DNA of 64,000 nt from positions 1 to 64,000 of the IMG/VR virus record IMGVR_UViG_2513237329_000015. One strand, given 5' to 3'. Origin of the DNA: a virus. Lineage: Duplodnaviria > Caudoviricetes. A program made the translations under genes and the position numbers. Every line of letters starts with the position of its first letter. Within the stretch, counting starts at the first letter, position 1. Below, piece by piece: positions 18,701 through 27,615 of the stretch. The notes under the pieces were generated by a model that was not told where the DNA came from, did not search any database, and saw only the letters and a list, made by a program, of their open reading frames with translations.

Positions 18701-21700
18701 CTTGAAACATTCTCCGAGGGCGTGATCCCCTTTGGTGAGGCCATGAAGTCCTATGGAGAGGCTGTGGCCGGTATCAACGCCGACGCCGTGGAGGCATCTG
18801 GAATCGCCGCCCAGTCGTTGGCAAAACTTCAGGCCGCTTTGCCGCAGGTTGGCGGGGTCATGGAGTTCTTCACGGGAGGAAATGGTCTCGGTACATTCTC
18901 GGAGGGCATTGTGCCCTTTGGCGCGGCCATGAAATCCTATGGCGACGCCGTGGCCGGCATCAACGCCGAGGCGATCACGGCTTCTGCGGTTGCCGCCCAG
19001 TCCCTGGCCCAGCTTCAGACCGACCTGCCCAATGTGGGCGGTGTGATGACCTTCTTTGATGGCAGCAACGACCTTGGCACCTTTGCCGCGGGCATTGTCC
19101 CCTTCGGCGCGGCTATGAAGTCCTACGGAGACGCCGTGGCGGACATCAACACCGGGGCTATCACCGCCTCGGCAGTGGCGGCCCAGTCCCTGGCAAGGCT
19201 GCAAGAATCCCTTCCCCTGGCGGGCGGAGTCATGGAGTTTTTCAATGGAAGCCATGATCTGGCCGCCTTTGCCGCCGGGATCATCCCCTTCGGCGCGGCC
19301 ATGAAGTCTTACAGCGACGCTGTGGCCGACATCAATCCCACTGCCGTGGAAACTTCCGCCTCCGCCGGTCAGGCGCTGGTGGAACTGGCGAATACCTTAC
19401 CCAATACGGGCGGGCTGCTCTCCTTCTTTACGGGAGGAACCGATCTGACTGCCTTTGGAGACGACCTCACGTCCTTCGGCGCAGATCTGGCCGCCTATGC
19501 GGCGGCCATCAAGGATGTGAAGCCGGAAGCGGTAACGGCCTCGGCCAACGCTGCGAGCGCGCTTTCCAATCTGGCGACCGGCCTTCCGGACAGCAGTCTG
19601 TTCGACCAGTGGTTCGGCGGGGATCAGACGCTGGCGTCCTTTGGCGCGGATATTTCCAAATTCGGCGCCTCCATGAAGGATTACTACAATGAGATTTCCG
19701 GTATTGACCTCGGCAAGTTGTCCGACGTCATCACCCAGGTCTGGGATCTGATCGAGCTGGCGGAAGGGGTAAACGGCGTCAACACCAGCGGCCTGACCAA
19801 ATTCGCCGACAGTATGAAGAAGATGGGCGACGCCGGGATTTCCGGATTCACCGACGCCTTCTACAACTGCGGCGGCACCGTAAACAGCGCCGTGGTCAGT
19901 ATGCTGACCTCCGTCCGCGGTTCCATCACGTCGAACATCCTGGTGGCAAGCTCCGCCATGGAGATGCTTGTGGAGTCGATGGCAGGCATCGTGGATAAAA
20001 AGGTCGTTGTGATTGAAAACGCGGTTGACGGCATGATGCGGAACCTCACCGTTTCGATCCTATCATCTTCCGGCGCCGTAAAAACGGCAGCGGGGACGGT
20101 GGCATCTGCGGCCGTATCCCAAATCAACAGCATGAAACCCGAGTTTGAGACTGCCGGTGAAAATGCTGGACAGGGCTTTGTCAAAGGCGTCCACTCTAAG
20201 TTCAGCGCCTCCAGTTCCGCGGGCCGCAGTCTGGGCCTTGCCGCGCTGAACGCGGCGAAAAAGGCCCTGGACAGCCATTCTCCCTCCCGGGAGTTCATCT
20301 ATCTGGGCGAGAACATCGGTGAGGGCCTGGCCATCGGCGTCGACAACAGCATCGTCCCGGCCGCCCAGGCCACTTCCGACATGATCGGCGAGGTCATCGC
20401 CGTCAGCAACAAAGGCATCGACGCCTGGAAGGACTGGGTGGACGAGAAGACCTATTACGACGAGCTGAGTTTGAAAGACCAGCTGGCCGGATGGGAAAAC
20501 CTTCAGAAGCGGTACAAAGCCGGTTCCGAGGAGCGGAAGCAGATCGACCGGGAGGTCTATCAGCTTCAAAATGAACTGGTGGCGTCCACCTATCAGGCTT
20601 CCCTCGACTGGATCGAGGAGGAGAAATACTACAACCGGCTGAGCACCGAGGAGGAACTGGCCGCCTATGAGCGGATGCAGTCCCGGTATATGGAGGGCAG
20701 CGAGGAACGCAAGAAGATCGACCGGGAGGTCTATACCCTTCGCAACCAGCTTGTGGACGAGTCCTATCAGAACTCCATGGACTGGATCGAGAAGGAGAAG
20801 AACTACGGCCGAATGAGCCTGGCAGACGAGCTGGCCGCCTATAAGCGTGTTCGGAGCCGGTATGCGGCGGGCAGCAAAGAGCGCGAGGAGATGGACCTGA
20901 AGGTCTATCAGCTGGAACAGGAGATCTATGAGGCCCAGAAGCAGTATATCGCCGACGTCCAGAGCGTTCAGGAGTCCGCCAACCAGAAGCGCATCCAGCT
21001 GGAGCAGGAGTATGCCGACAAGGTTCGCTCTGTCAATGAGCAGCTGGAACGGGATATTCAGTCGCTGAACGACCAGTATCAGAACGCGGTGGAATCCCGC
21101 ACCAACAGTCTCTACCAGTCCTACGGCCTTTTCGATGAAGTTACAAAGAAGGAGGCCGTCAGCAGCGATACCCTGATGAAGAATCTGGAGGGGCAGGTGC
21201 AGGAGTTCGGCGAATGGCAGGATATTCTGGGCCAGCTCTCCGCCAGGGGGGTTGACGCGGACCTGATTTCCGAACTCCAGGAGATGGGGCCGTCCGCCAT
21301 CGAAGAGATCCGGGCGCTGAACTCCATGAGCGACGACGAGCTGGAGAAGTACGTCTCCCTCTGGTCCGTCAAGCACGCTCAGGCCCGGGAACAGGCCACC
21401 TCGGAGCTGGAAGGCCTCCGCGTGGAAACCCAGGAGCAGATCGCTCAGCTGCGGGCCGACGCGGAAGCGGAGTTGGAGGAATACCGCATTACCTGGCAGG
21501 AGGAATTGTCCCAGTTGGAAGAGGACACAGCCAATCAACTGGCGTCGCTCCGGCAGGAGTTCGCGGAAAACGTGGGCTTGATCAAGAAGGACACCGAGGC
21601 CGAGATGCGGGAAATGACCGAGGCGGCCACGAAGATCCTGAAGGAAGCCGGATGGACCGAGACGGGACAGCAGATCCCCGCCGGTCTTGCGGAGGGCGTC

Positions 21701-22303
21701 TCCCTGTCGAAATCCGCCTTTCTCGATGAACTGACCAGCATGGCGCTGGCCGGTGTAGAGGCGGTCAAGAGCACGCTGAAGATCAATTCTCCCTCTCGGG
21801 TCTTCCGGGAGCTAGGTAACTTTACGGGGCTTGGCTTTGTGACGGGACTGGCAGACTACGCGAAGAAGTCCTACGCCGCGGGGGCGAATGTGGCGGAGTA
21901 CGCCGCAGACGGCCTTTCCAACGCCATGTCCATCACGGCCGAGCTGCTCAGCGGGGATATGGATGCTCAGCCTACGATCCGGCCGGTCCTCGACCTCTCC
22001 GACGTAATGCGCGGGGCGGACGAGCTGAACAGCCTGTTCTATCCCCAGCGGACCATCGGCCTTGCGGGGCAGGCCAGCCTGGCCTTTTCCGAGTCCGGCC
22101 GAAGCGGCGGAACGGTGGTCAACGTGGACAACGGCGACATTGTGGAGGAGCTCCGCGCCCTTCGGAGTGAAATGGCAGAAATGACGGAGCGAATGGAACG
22201 GATGCGTGTGGTCCTGGATACCGGCACGCTGGTGGGCGAGATGGCAGGACCCATGGACAACGCCCTCGGGCAGAGGGTCACTCGCAGAGGAAGGGGGAAC
22301 TAA
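12776..22303 (+). CDS. Tape measure protein (3175 aa)
   Basis: Very long Ala/Gly-rich helical ORF; N-terminal tape-measure domain, hydrophobic repeats, two SPSR motifs; GGAGG RBS before ATG 12776. Confidence 0.93.
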   Translation: MSRTIDERIVEMRFDNRQFERNVQTSLSTLDKLRQGLDLDGAAKGLENLGDAAKKCNMSALSRSVETVRAKFSALEVVAMTTLSNITNSALNTGKRLVSALTIDPIKTGFQEYETQIGAVQTILANTQHEGTNLQQVNRALDELNTYADKTIYSFTEMTRNIGTFTAAGVNLQTSVDSIKGIANLAAISGSTSQQASTAMYQLSQALAAGRVSLMDWNSVVNAGMGGKVFQDALVRTSELLGTGAQNAINMYGSFRESLTRGEWLTTEVLTETLKQFAGAYTEADLVQQGFTEAQAKEIAQMAQTAEDTATKVKTFTQLWDTLKESARSGWTSTWEILVGDFEEAKELLTEISNTIGGVISESAQARNELLSGGLSSGWKQLLDQGIADEAGFIESIQAVARESGDAFDQMVADSDSFTDALKQGLKDGVISSETLSEAVYHLQGKMSGMSQEERKAAGYTSEMVEQIETLADSLRDGSVSMDEFTEKILRPSGRENLIQSVWNAAKGLVSVIAPIKDAFRDIFPPATSDQLYALTETLRSFSERLTISDETADKLQRTFKGLFSILDLVRQGVAAVFDAFAPLRSGMGFFVDRFLTVTATIGDFLTGINDAAKKGEVFSKVAQGIADALDFVVSGIQTFIGFLDDVFAIPGFEAFQALLGRIQTRIGQVIDAVGGLGFGVDDAVNTMDSAVGNSKFLQMLQSLFNGVKAIASGIIGVLGGLSATLIDAIGNADFSGVIDLLNGISLGGIAVGITKFMNSLTKSFDDVGSLLDNVKGILDGVRGCFEAYQTQLKAGTLLKIASAIAVLAAAIVTISLIDSGKLTASLGAITVLFAELMASMAIFSRISGEVKGVVKGTAAMIGVSTSVLLLSSALKKISDIEPEQMVVALAGIAGLMTALVAAAKVLGSGSSSVIKGSAQMVVFAGAIKMLASACIDLAQLDFAGLVKGLAGVGVLMAEVSLFTNTVKVNKGFMATAAGILVLASAMKVFASACKDFGQMNAGELVKGLSSVGAVLLEITAFTKLTGNAQGLISTGLAMIEIGAAMKIFASAMADFGGMSLAEIGKGLLAMGGALAEVAVAMKAMPKNLIATGAGLVTVGAALNVLAEALGKMGGMSWEAVAKSLVAMGGALAELAVGLNFMNGTLAGSAAMLVAASALAVLTPVLFTLGSMSWEAIAKGLISVAGAFTVIGTAGALLTPLLPTILGLGGAFALIGIGIAGLGAGLLLVGTGLTAIAVGITGLATSLGAGVTIIVAGLTSIITGIAALIPAIAQQLGEAVVAFAGVIANGAPAIGNAVKALVLTLVDVLVECVPAIANGALELIAGVLAALAAYTPQIVDSIMQFLIEVIDGLARNLPTLIQSVVNLLMSFFSGIVSALGSIDTDALLKGVAGIGLLSGIMVALGALAGLIPSAMVGVLGLGVVMAELAVVLAAIGGLAQIPGLDWLIGEGGKLLQTIGNAIGGFIGGIVGGFMSGISGSFPQIGADLAAFMTNVQPFIDGARGIDAAMLDGVKALTEAILLITAADLLEGLTSWLTGGSSLSAFAGELVPFGEAMMKFSNSIAGLDGNLVSTAAIAGKTLAEMAATLPNRGGIAGFFTGENDMGEFGNQLVGFGGSMMRFAASIKGLDADAVNNAAIAGKAMAEMAATLPNTGGAVAFFAGDNDMSAFGDQLVPFGEAIKAYSDAVTGLDVDAVKNSAIAGQAMAELAATLPNTGGAVAFFAGDNDMATFGAQLASFGVSMKNYSKSVSGLDGDAVENSAIAGKTLVELANTIPNTGGLVAFFTGDNDLETFGDQLVPFGEAMKAYSDSVTGIDGDAVTASATAAKALAELQASLPNIGGVVDFFTGGNDLETFANGLLPFGEGMKAYADSVTGLDAGAVSASITVAQALSALQASLPHVGGVLEFFTGGNDLGAFADGVLSFGLAMKAYGGAVSGIDAGAVSASAVAAQALAELQASLPNVGGIMEFFTGGNDLETFSEGVIPFGEAMKSYGEAVAGINADAVEASGIAAQSLAKLQAALPQVGGVMEFFTGGNGLGTFSEGIVPFGAAMKSYGDAVAGINAEAITASAVAAQSLAQLQTDLPNVGGVMTFFDGSNDLGTFAAGIVPFGAAMKSYGDAVADINTGAITASAVAAQSLARLQESLPLAGGVMEFFNGSHDLAAFAAGIIPFGAAMKSYSDAVADINPTAVETSASAGQALVELANTLPNTGGLLSFFTGGTDLTAFGDDLTSFGADLAAYAAAIKDVKPEAVTASANAASALSNLATGLPDSSLFDQWFGGDQTLASFGADISKFGASMKDYYNEISGIDLGKLSDVITQVWDLIELAEGVNGVNTSGLTKFADSMKKMGDAGISGFTDAFYNCGGTVNSAVVSMLTSVRGSITSNILVASSAMEMLVESMAGIVDKKVVVIENAVDGMMRNLTVSILSSSGAVKTAAGTVASAAVSQINSMKPEFETAGENAGQGFVKGVHSKFSASSSAGRSLGLAALNAAKKALDSHSPSREFIYLGENIGEGLAIGVDNSIVPAAQATSDMIGEVIAVSNKGIDAWKDWVDEKTYYDELSLKDQLAGWENLQKRYKAGSEERKQIDREVYQLQNELVASTYQASLDWIEEEKYYNRLSTEEELAAYERMQSRYMEGSEERKKIDREVYTLRNQLVDESYQNSMDWIEKEKNYGRMSLADELAAYKRVRSRYAAGSKEREEMDLKVYQLEQEIYEAQKQYIADVQSVQESANQKRIQLEQEYADKVRSVNEQLERDIQSLNDQYQNAVESRTNSLYQSYGLFDEVTKKEAVSSDTLMKNLEGQVQEFGEWQDILGQLSARGVDADLISELQEMGPSAIEEIRALNSMSDDELEKYVSLWSVKHAQAREQATSELEGLRVETQEQIAQLRADAEAELEEYRITWQEELSQLEEDTANQLASLRQEFAENVGLIKKDTEAEMREMTEAATKILKEAGWTETGQQIPAGLAEGVSLSKSAFLDELTSMALAGVEAVKSTLKINSPSRVFRELGNFTGLGFVTGLADYAKKSYAAGANVAEYAADGLSNAMSITAELLSGDMDAQPTIRPVLDLSDVMRGADELNSLFYPQRTIGLAGQASLAFSESGRSGGTVVNVDNGDIVEELRALRSEMAEMTERMERMRVVLDTGTLVGEMAGPMDNALGQRVTRRGRGN
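17537..19768 (+). repeat. About 12 degenerate tandem 186-bp (62-aa) repeats within the tape measure gene
   Basis: LPNxGGxxxFFxGxNDL...LVPFGEAMKAY... recurs at 17537, 17723 ... 19583, consistent with a 186-bp period. Confidence 0.85.
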
Positions 22304-22305
22304 GC

Positions 22306-23067
22306 TTGTACCATTCGGTTACCTTTGGGGATAAAAACACCTGGGACGACTGGCGGCTGGTTCCCGCCTCCCGCCCCGTGTTCAATCCTCCGGCCCAAAA
22401 GGTAAAGACGCTGGAAATACCCGGTGGGGACGGGGTGATCGATTTATCCCAGTCTCTCACCGGGTATCCGGTGTATCAGAACCGGACGGGCTCCATTGAG
22501 TTTATCGTGATGAATGACTTTAAGCCCTGGCACATGGCCTATTCCGACATCATGGACTATCTGCACGGCCAGAAGTTGCGGGCGATTTTGGAGGATGACC
22601 CGGAGTATTTTTACGAGGGGCGGTTCGTGGTCAACGCCTGGAAGTCGGAAAAGGACTGGTCGCGCATCACCATCGACTATGACGTGGGGCCCTACAAGTG
22701 GTCGGTTCTGTCCTCCACAGACGACTGGCTGTGGGACCCCTTCAACTTTCAAAATGGCGTGATCCGGCCGGCTCTGTTTAAGGACATCGCCGTGACCGAT
22801 GAAAAGAGGACCATCCGGCTGGAGGCCGCGCTCTTTGGGCGGGCCCCGGTGTGTCCGCAGTTCTTTGTGACCAGCTCAGACCAGAGGGGCGTACACATCC
22901 GGTTTGTCAACCCAACGCTGGGGCTGGATGAGACAAAGCTGCTCACCGACGGCACCATCCAGTTCCCGGAGTTTGTGTTCTTCGGCGGCCAGGGAGCCAC
23001 ATTGGAGCTGTGGTGCGACACCGGCACGGGCACGGTCTCGGTGGATTTCAGAGTGGGGAGGCTGTGA
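22306..23067 (+). CDS. Distal tail (Dit)-like protein
   Basis: Follows the tape measure; IPGGDGVIDLS, YLHGQK...DDPEYFYEGR. Confidence 0.75.
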   Translation: MYHSVTFGDKNTWDDWRLVPASRPVFNPPAQKVKTLEIPGGDGVIDLSQSLTGYPVYQNRTGSIEFIVMNDFKPWHMAYSDIMDYLHGQKLRAILEDDPEYFYEGRFVVNAWKSEKDWSRITIDYDVGPYKWSVLSSTDDWLWDPFNFQNGVIRPALFKDIAVTDEKRTIRLEAALFGRAPVCPQFFVTSSDQRGVHIRFVNPTLGLDETKLLTDGTIQFPEFVFFGGQGATLELWCDTGTGTVSVDFRVGRL

Positions 23068-23070
23068 GGG

Positions 23071-25338
23071 ATGTATAGCATTTACGCGGACGGCGTGTGC
23101 ATCTACAATGATGTGTTCTCGCTGGATGACATGAAGGCGGTCAACCCTAAGCTGACGCTGGAGGACAGCGCGGCCGGGGCGCTGGAGATGGCCCTCCCCC
23201 ACACCAACAAGGCCTACGACACCATTGTCCGCATGGTCACGGATATTTCCGTGAAGAAAAACGGAGAGGAGATTTGGGCGGGGCGGGCGCTTTCGGAGAG
23301 CAAGGACTTCTGGAACAACCGGGTGCTCTATTGCGAGGGAGAACTGGCGTTTTTCAACGATTCCGTTCAGCCTCCGGCGGAGTATGCCGGAAAATCGATC
23401 CGGGAGTATCTGGAGCAGCTGATTGCCGTTCACAACTCCAAAGTCGGCGCCAACCGGCAATTTGCCATCGGCGCGGTGACGGTGGTGGATGAGAACTTCC
23501 CCACCTACTACACCAATTACGAGAAGACGATGGAGCTGCTCAACGCTCTGGTGGAAACCTATGGAGGCCATCTCCGGGTCCGGAAGGCGGATGGGGTGCG
23601 GTATCTGGATTACCTGAAGGAGTACCCCGACACTTGCAGCCAGGTCATCCAGTTTGGGTCCAATCTCATCGACTTCACCCGCAACTGGGATTCCACGGAG
23701 TATGCCACCGCCATTATCCCGCTGGGCAGCCGGCTGGATGACAGCCCCATCGAGGCGCTGGACGCCTACCTGACGGTGGAGAGCGTGAACGGCGGCAGCC
23801 TCTATGTCCAGTCGGACGAGGCGGTGAAGCACTACGGCTGGATCGCCAAGACAGTCAGCTGGGACGATGTGAGCGACCCGGAGGCGCTTCTGGAAAAGGC
23901 CAGGGAGTATCTGGCAGACCTCCAGTTCGACAACCTGGAGCTAGAGCTGAGCGCGCTGGATCTGCACTATCTGGACGTAAACACAGAGGCGGTCAAGCTG
24001 CTGGACGAGATCCGGGTCATCTCCCGCCCTCATGGCCTGGACCGGATGTTCCCGGTGACCAAGCTGGAGATCCCATTGGATCACCCGGAGAACACCCAGT
24101 TCAAAATGGGGGATTCGGTACAGGTCAGCCTGACCAGCGTGAACAATCAGACCAACGCCGCGGTGCTGGAGAAGATCGAGGGGCTTCCCAAGGCCCATTC
24201 CATTCTCAAGGAGGCCAAGGAAAACGCCACCGAGATCATCAACATGGCCACCACGGGCTACATCACCATCACCCGGGACGAGTATGGCTCGGATACGCTC
24301 TATATCTCCAACGTGCGGGACTACACCAAGGCGGACAAGCTGTGGAAGTGGAACATGAACGGCCTGGGGTACTCCAATGATGGAGGCAAGACCTTTGGGC
24401 TGGCCATGACCATGGACGGGTCCATCGTGGCTGACTACGTCAATACGGGCGTGCTCAATGCCGATGTGATCCGGGCAGGCGTGCTCAAGGACGTCAGCGG
24501 GAACTTTTCCCTGGATATGAAAACGGGTACGCTGACCATGAAGAAAGGCTCCATCAATATCGGCGGAAATTTTATCGTGGACGAGCAGGGGAATCTGACT
24601 GCGCGGCGGGGCACCTTTGCCGGAACGCTGGTAGCCGCCAAGGGCTCCTTCGGAGGCGTGGTACAGGCGGAGGATTTTCTGGACCCCTATGGAAACAGCA
24701 TGCTGACGGGCGACAAGTTCAAGGCGGATTATCTGGACCTTTACGGCCTGACCGTGAGCAACAAGAGCACGGGAGCGGTGACGTTCGCCGTGAGCTCCAA
24801 CGGTCTTGTCACCATCAACGGCAGCGTGACCATGGGAGCCGGGAGCAGCATCAACTGGGCCCAGGTAAGCAACCAGAACATCAATTCCAATCCGGCCTAT
24901 TCCATGGCCAACGACGCCTATAATCTGGCGGACGAGGCCTATGACTACGCCGACGACGCGTACTCCCGGGCCGACCGGGCGTACAAGCTGGCGGACTCCA
25001 TTGAGATGCCCGGCTACATCAAGAGTACCTATATTGACCAGACCACGATCCGTTCCCCGGTCATTGAAGGCGGAGAGTTCTACGGCGAGGAATTCAACAT
25101 CATCGCCGGGAGCGACTTTGGGAGCTTCAACCTCTACGGTCCCTATGGGAACAGCCGGTTCCACATGCTGGCCATCGAGTATTACGAGGGGGACGCCCCC
25201 TACATCGACATTTACAGCCCCTGCGGCGGCTATATCACGATTGGCAACCGGGGCAGCGGCGGTGTCGTTTTCTTTGAGGGGCATGTGGATTTCAGCGGCG
25301 CGACCGTCCGAGGTCTGGATTTTGGAACAGGAGAATAA
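23071..25338 (+). CDS. Tail-associated (Tal/endopeptidase-like) baseplate hub with C-terminal spike extension
   Basis: Follows Dit; FGSNLIDF, ATAIIPLG; C-terminal WKWNMNGLGYS/MTMDGSIVAD beta-repeats. Confidence 0.75.
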   Translation: MYSIYADGVCIYNDVFSLDDMKAVNPKLTLEDSAAGALEMALPHTNKAYDTIVRMVTDISVKKNGEEIWAGRALSESKDFWNNRVLYCEGELAFFNDSVQPPAEYAGKSIREYLEQLIAVHNSKVGANRQFAIGAVTVVDENFPTYYTNYEKTMELLNALVETYGGHLRVRKADGVRYLDYLKEYPDTCSQVIQFGSNLIDFTRNWDSTEYATAIIPLGSRLDDSPIEALDAYLTVESVNGGSLYVQSDEAVKHYGWIAKTVSWDDVSDPEALLEKAREYLADLQFDNLELELSALDLHYLDVNTEAVKLLDEIRVISRPHGLDRMFPVTKLEIPLDHPENTQFKMGDSVQVSLTSVNNQTNAAVLEKIEGLPKAHSILKEAKENATEIINMATTGYITITRDEYGSDTLYISNVRDYTKADKLWKWNMNGLGYSNDGGKTFGLAMTMDGSIVADYVNTGVLNADVIRAGVLKDVSGNFSLDMKTGTLTMKKGSINIGGNFIVDEQGNLTARRGTFAGTLVAAKGSFGGVVQAEDFLDPYGNSMLTGDKFKADYLDLYGLTVSNKSTGAVTFAVSSNGLVTINGSVTMGAGSSINWAQVSNQNINSNPAYSMANDAYNLADEAYDYADDAYSRADRAYKLADSIEMPGYIKSTYIDQTTIRSPVIEGGEFYGEEFNIIAGSDFGSFNLYGPYGNSRFHMLAIEYYEGDAPYIDIYSPCGGYITIGNRGSGGVVFFEGHVDFSGATVRGLDFGTGE

Positions 25339-25345
25339 TGCCGTT

Positions 25346-25717
25346 ATGAAGAAAAAATTGAAAAATTCAGAAGTGCTCGTATATCTGAAGTCGCTCAAGC
25401 CCCTGCTTGCCCTGCGGGACAAGATCGGATATGTGGCGGCCCGGAATTACCGCTTTCTCTCCAATTCCATCGTGGAGTTTGACACGATTCGCTTAAGCCT
25501 GATCGAAAAGTACGGCGAGAAGGGAAAGGACGAGCGGGGCGCGCCGACCTATACGCTCAAAATGGATTCCCCCAACTTCCAGCAGTTCTGCGACGAGCTG
25601 GCCCCGTTCAATGAAATGGAGCATGAGGTGGAGCTGATGATGGCGAAGTATGACGACGCCGTTGGAAATTTGTCGGGGGAAGAGATTCTGGCAATCGACT
25701 GGATGCTGGAGGATTAG
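25346..25717 (+). CDS. Hypothetical phage protein (123 aa)
   Basis: AGGAG RBS; between Tal and fibre genes. Confidence 0.7.
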   Translation: MKKKLKNSEVLVYLKSLKPLLALRDKIGYVAARNYRFLSNSIVEFDTIRLSLIEKYGEKGKDERGAPTYTLKMDSPNFQQFCDELAPFNEMEHEVELMMAKYDDAVGNLSGEEILAIDWMLED

Positions 25718-25733
25718 GAAGGGGTGAGTTGAT

Positions 25734-27041
25734 TTGGCCGACATCAGCAGTTATCTAAAGAAAATACTGGAGGCTATCTATGGCGAGGAGGTGCGCGGGT
25801 CCATCCACGACGCCCTGGCCGCTATGAACCAGGAGTCCTCCAGCGCGATGGAGTTTGCGGCCACGGCCAAGGACTCTGCCGCCGCCTCCGCCGAGAAAGC
25901 CAAGAGTGAGGCGGCCACCGCCGCTCAAAAGGCGGAGGAGGCCAAGGACTCCGCCAAAGACGCCCAAACGTCCGAGGAACGGGCCAAGGCCTCTGAGACC
26001 CAGGCGGGACAGTATTCTGACAATGCCATCGATGCGGCAAGCCGCGCCAAGGAGTCAGAGACCAATGCGGCTGATTCGGCGGAGGCAGCGATCCAGAAGG
26101 CCCGGGAGGCGGAAGAATCCAGGAATGCCGCCGCTCTGAGCGCGTCCGAGGCAAAAGCCGCTGAGGATCGGGCCAAAAACGTCAGGAATGAGGTAGAAGC
26201 GCTGGGCGGCCAGGCAGCGGCAGATGCGAAGGCTGCTCAAGCCGCCAAAGAGGCCGCCGAGAAGGCAAAGGCGGCAGCCAAGCTCAGCGAGACCAACGCC
26301 AAGGAGTCGGAAACCGTCGCGCTGGGGGCTAAGGATGCCGCGGAGGCCGCAAGCGGCGAGGCTCAAGCCGCTAAAGAGAGCGCCGAGGATGACGCCCTCT
26401 CCGCTGCGCAGGCCAAAGAGGACGCCGAAAATGCCAAACTGGCCGCGGAACAGGCCAAGACCGCCGCCGCAGAGAGCGCCGGAAACGCCGCGGAGAGCGC
26501 TTCCAGGGCAGAACAGTACAGTGGGAAACCGCCCAAGCCTCAAAATGGAACCTGGTGGATCTGGGACGCGGAAACGGGCACATACTACGACACAAAAATC
26601 AGCTGTGAGCTGCGGGGGCCCATTGGCGTGGGCATCGACGACATCCAGATGACCGAGGGCGACCACTCCCCCGGCAGCACAGACGTTTACACCGTGCATC
26701 TGACAGACGGGTCCTCGTACAACATCTCGGTCTACAACGGTCTGAATGGAACGGGCGCGGGGGACGTGCTGGGCATCTCCTTTGACCTGGTCATCCCCAA
26801 GAACGGGTGGAAGGACGGGAGCGTCACCCTTGCCGACAGCCGGCTTTTGGCCCTGGCGACCCACAAGTATTTTCTCAGCGCCGAGGAGGCCTGCAAGGAG
26901 GAGTTCATCGACTGCAACGTACAGCCGAAGGACATCACCGCCTCCGGCTTTCTCGTGTTTACCTGCGACACCGACCCGGCGATGGATCTGACGGTCCATC
27001 TTATCCGGTTCGAGCTGTCCGGCAACGGGGCTATTCAGTAA
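25734..27041 (+). CDS. Tail fibre-like protein with Ala/Glu-rich coiled coil
   Basis: AIYGEEVRGSIHDAL N-terminus, long A/E/K coiled coil, NGTWWIWD motif, beta-rich C-terminal domain. Confidence 0.65.
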   Translation: MADISSYLKKILEAIYGEEVRGSIHDALAAMNQESSSAMEFAATAKDSAAASAEKAKSEAATAAQKAEEAKDSAKDAQTSEERAKASETQAGQYSDNAIDAASRAKESETNAADSAEAAIQKAREAEESRNAAALSASEAKAAEDRAKNVRNEVEALGGQAAADAKAAQAAKEAAEKAKAAAKLSETNAKESETVALGAKDAAEAASGEAQAAKESAEDDALSAAQAKEDAENAKLAAEQAKTAAAESAGNAAESASRAEQYSGKPPKPQNGTWWIWDAETGTYYDTKISCELRGPIGVGIDDIQMTEGDHSPGSTDVYTVHLTDGSSYNISVYNGLNGTGAGDVLGISFDLVIPKNGWKDGSVTLADSRLLALATHKYFLSAEEACKEEFIDCNVQPKDITASGFLVFTCDTDPAMDLTVHLIRFELSGNGAIQ

Positions 27042-27054
27042 GGAGGTGCGGCCC

Positions 27055-27588
27055 GTGGAAATCGCAGTCAAAGAAACCTATGCCCATATGCTCAAGGATG
27101 AGAGTCTGGTGCAGAACGCCGAAACCCTCTACATCGTGGAGTTCCTCTTTGATAAAAGCTGGGATGGCTACACAAAAACGGCCATTTTCAAGGCCGGCAG
27201 CGTGGAGCTGTCCGTGAAGCTGACGGACGACCGGTGCATCATCCCCGCCGAGTGTTTGAAGCAGGCGGGGGTCAGTCTTCGCATCGGCGTGTCCGGCGTC
27301 AAGGGCGGGGAGCAAAAAGACACCGTATGGTGCCTGACCAGCCGAATCATGTATGCCGTCGATGCGGCCCAGCTGGTTCCGCCCTCCCATTCCGGAGCAG
27401 ACATACGGGCTCAGATTCTGGAAGTCATCCGGGAGAACACGGCTACGGACGAGGAAGTGGATGCGGCCCTGGACGATGCGTTCGCATCCGACTGGACGCC
27501 CCCGGACGACCCGGAGCATCCGGGGAATACGGCCACCGACGAAGAAGTGGAGGACGTTCTTGACGATGTTTTCGGCGACGAGCCGTAA
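27055..27588 (+). CDS. BppU-like upper baseplate protein with duplicated acidic C-terminal motif
   Basis: AGGAGGTG RBS; FLFDKSWDGYTKTAIF...CIIPAECL; TATDEEV..LDD.F occurs twice. Confidence 0.6.
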   Translation: MEIAVKETYAHMLKDESLVQNAETLYIVEFLFDKSWDGYTKTAIFKAGSVELSVKLTDDRCIIPAECLKQAGVSLRIGVSGVKGGEQKDTVWCLTSRIMYAVDAAQLVPPSHSGADIRAQILEVIRENTATDEEVDAALDDAFASDWTPPDDPEHPGNTATDEEVEDVLDDVFGDEP

Positions 27589-27615
27589 ACAAATACATTT
27601 AAGGAGGACATATCT

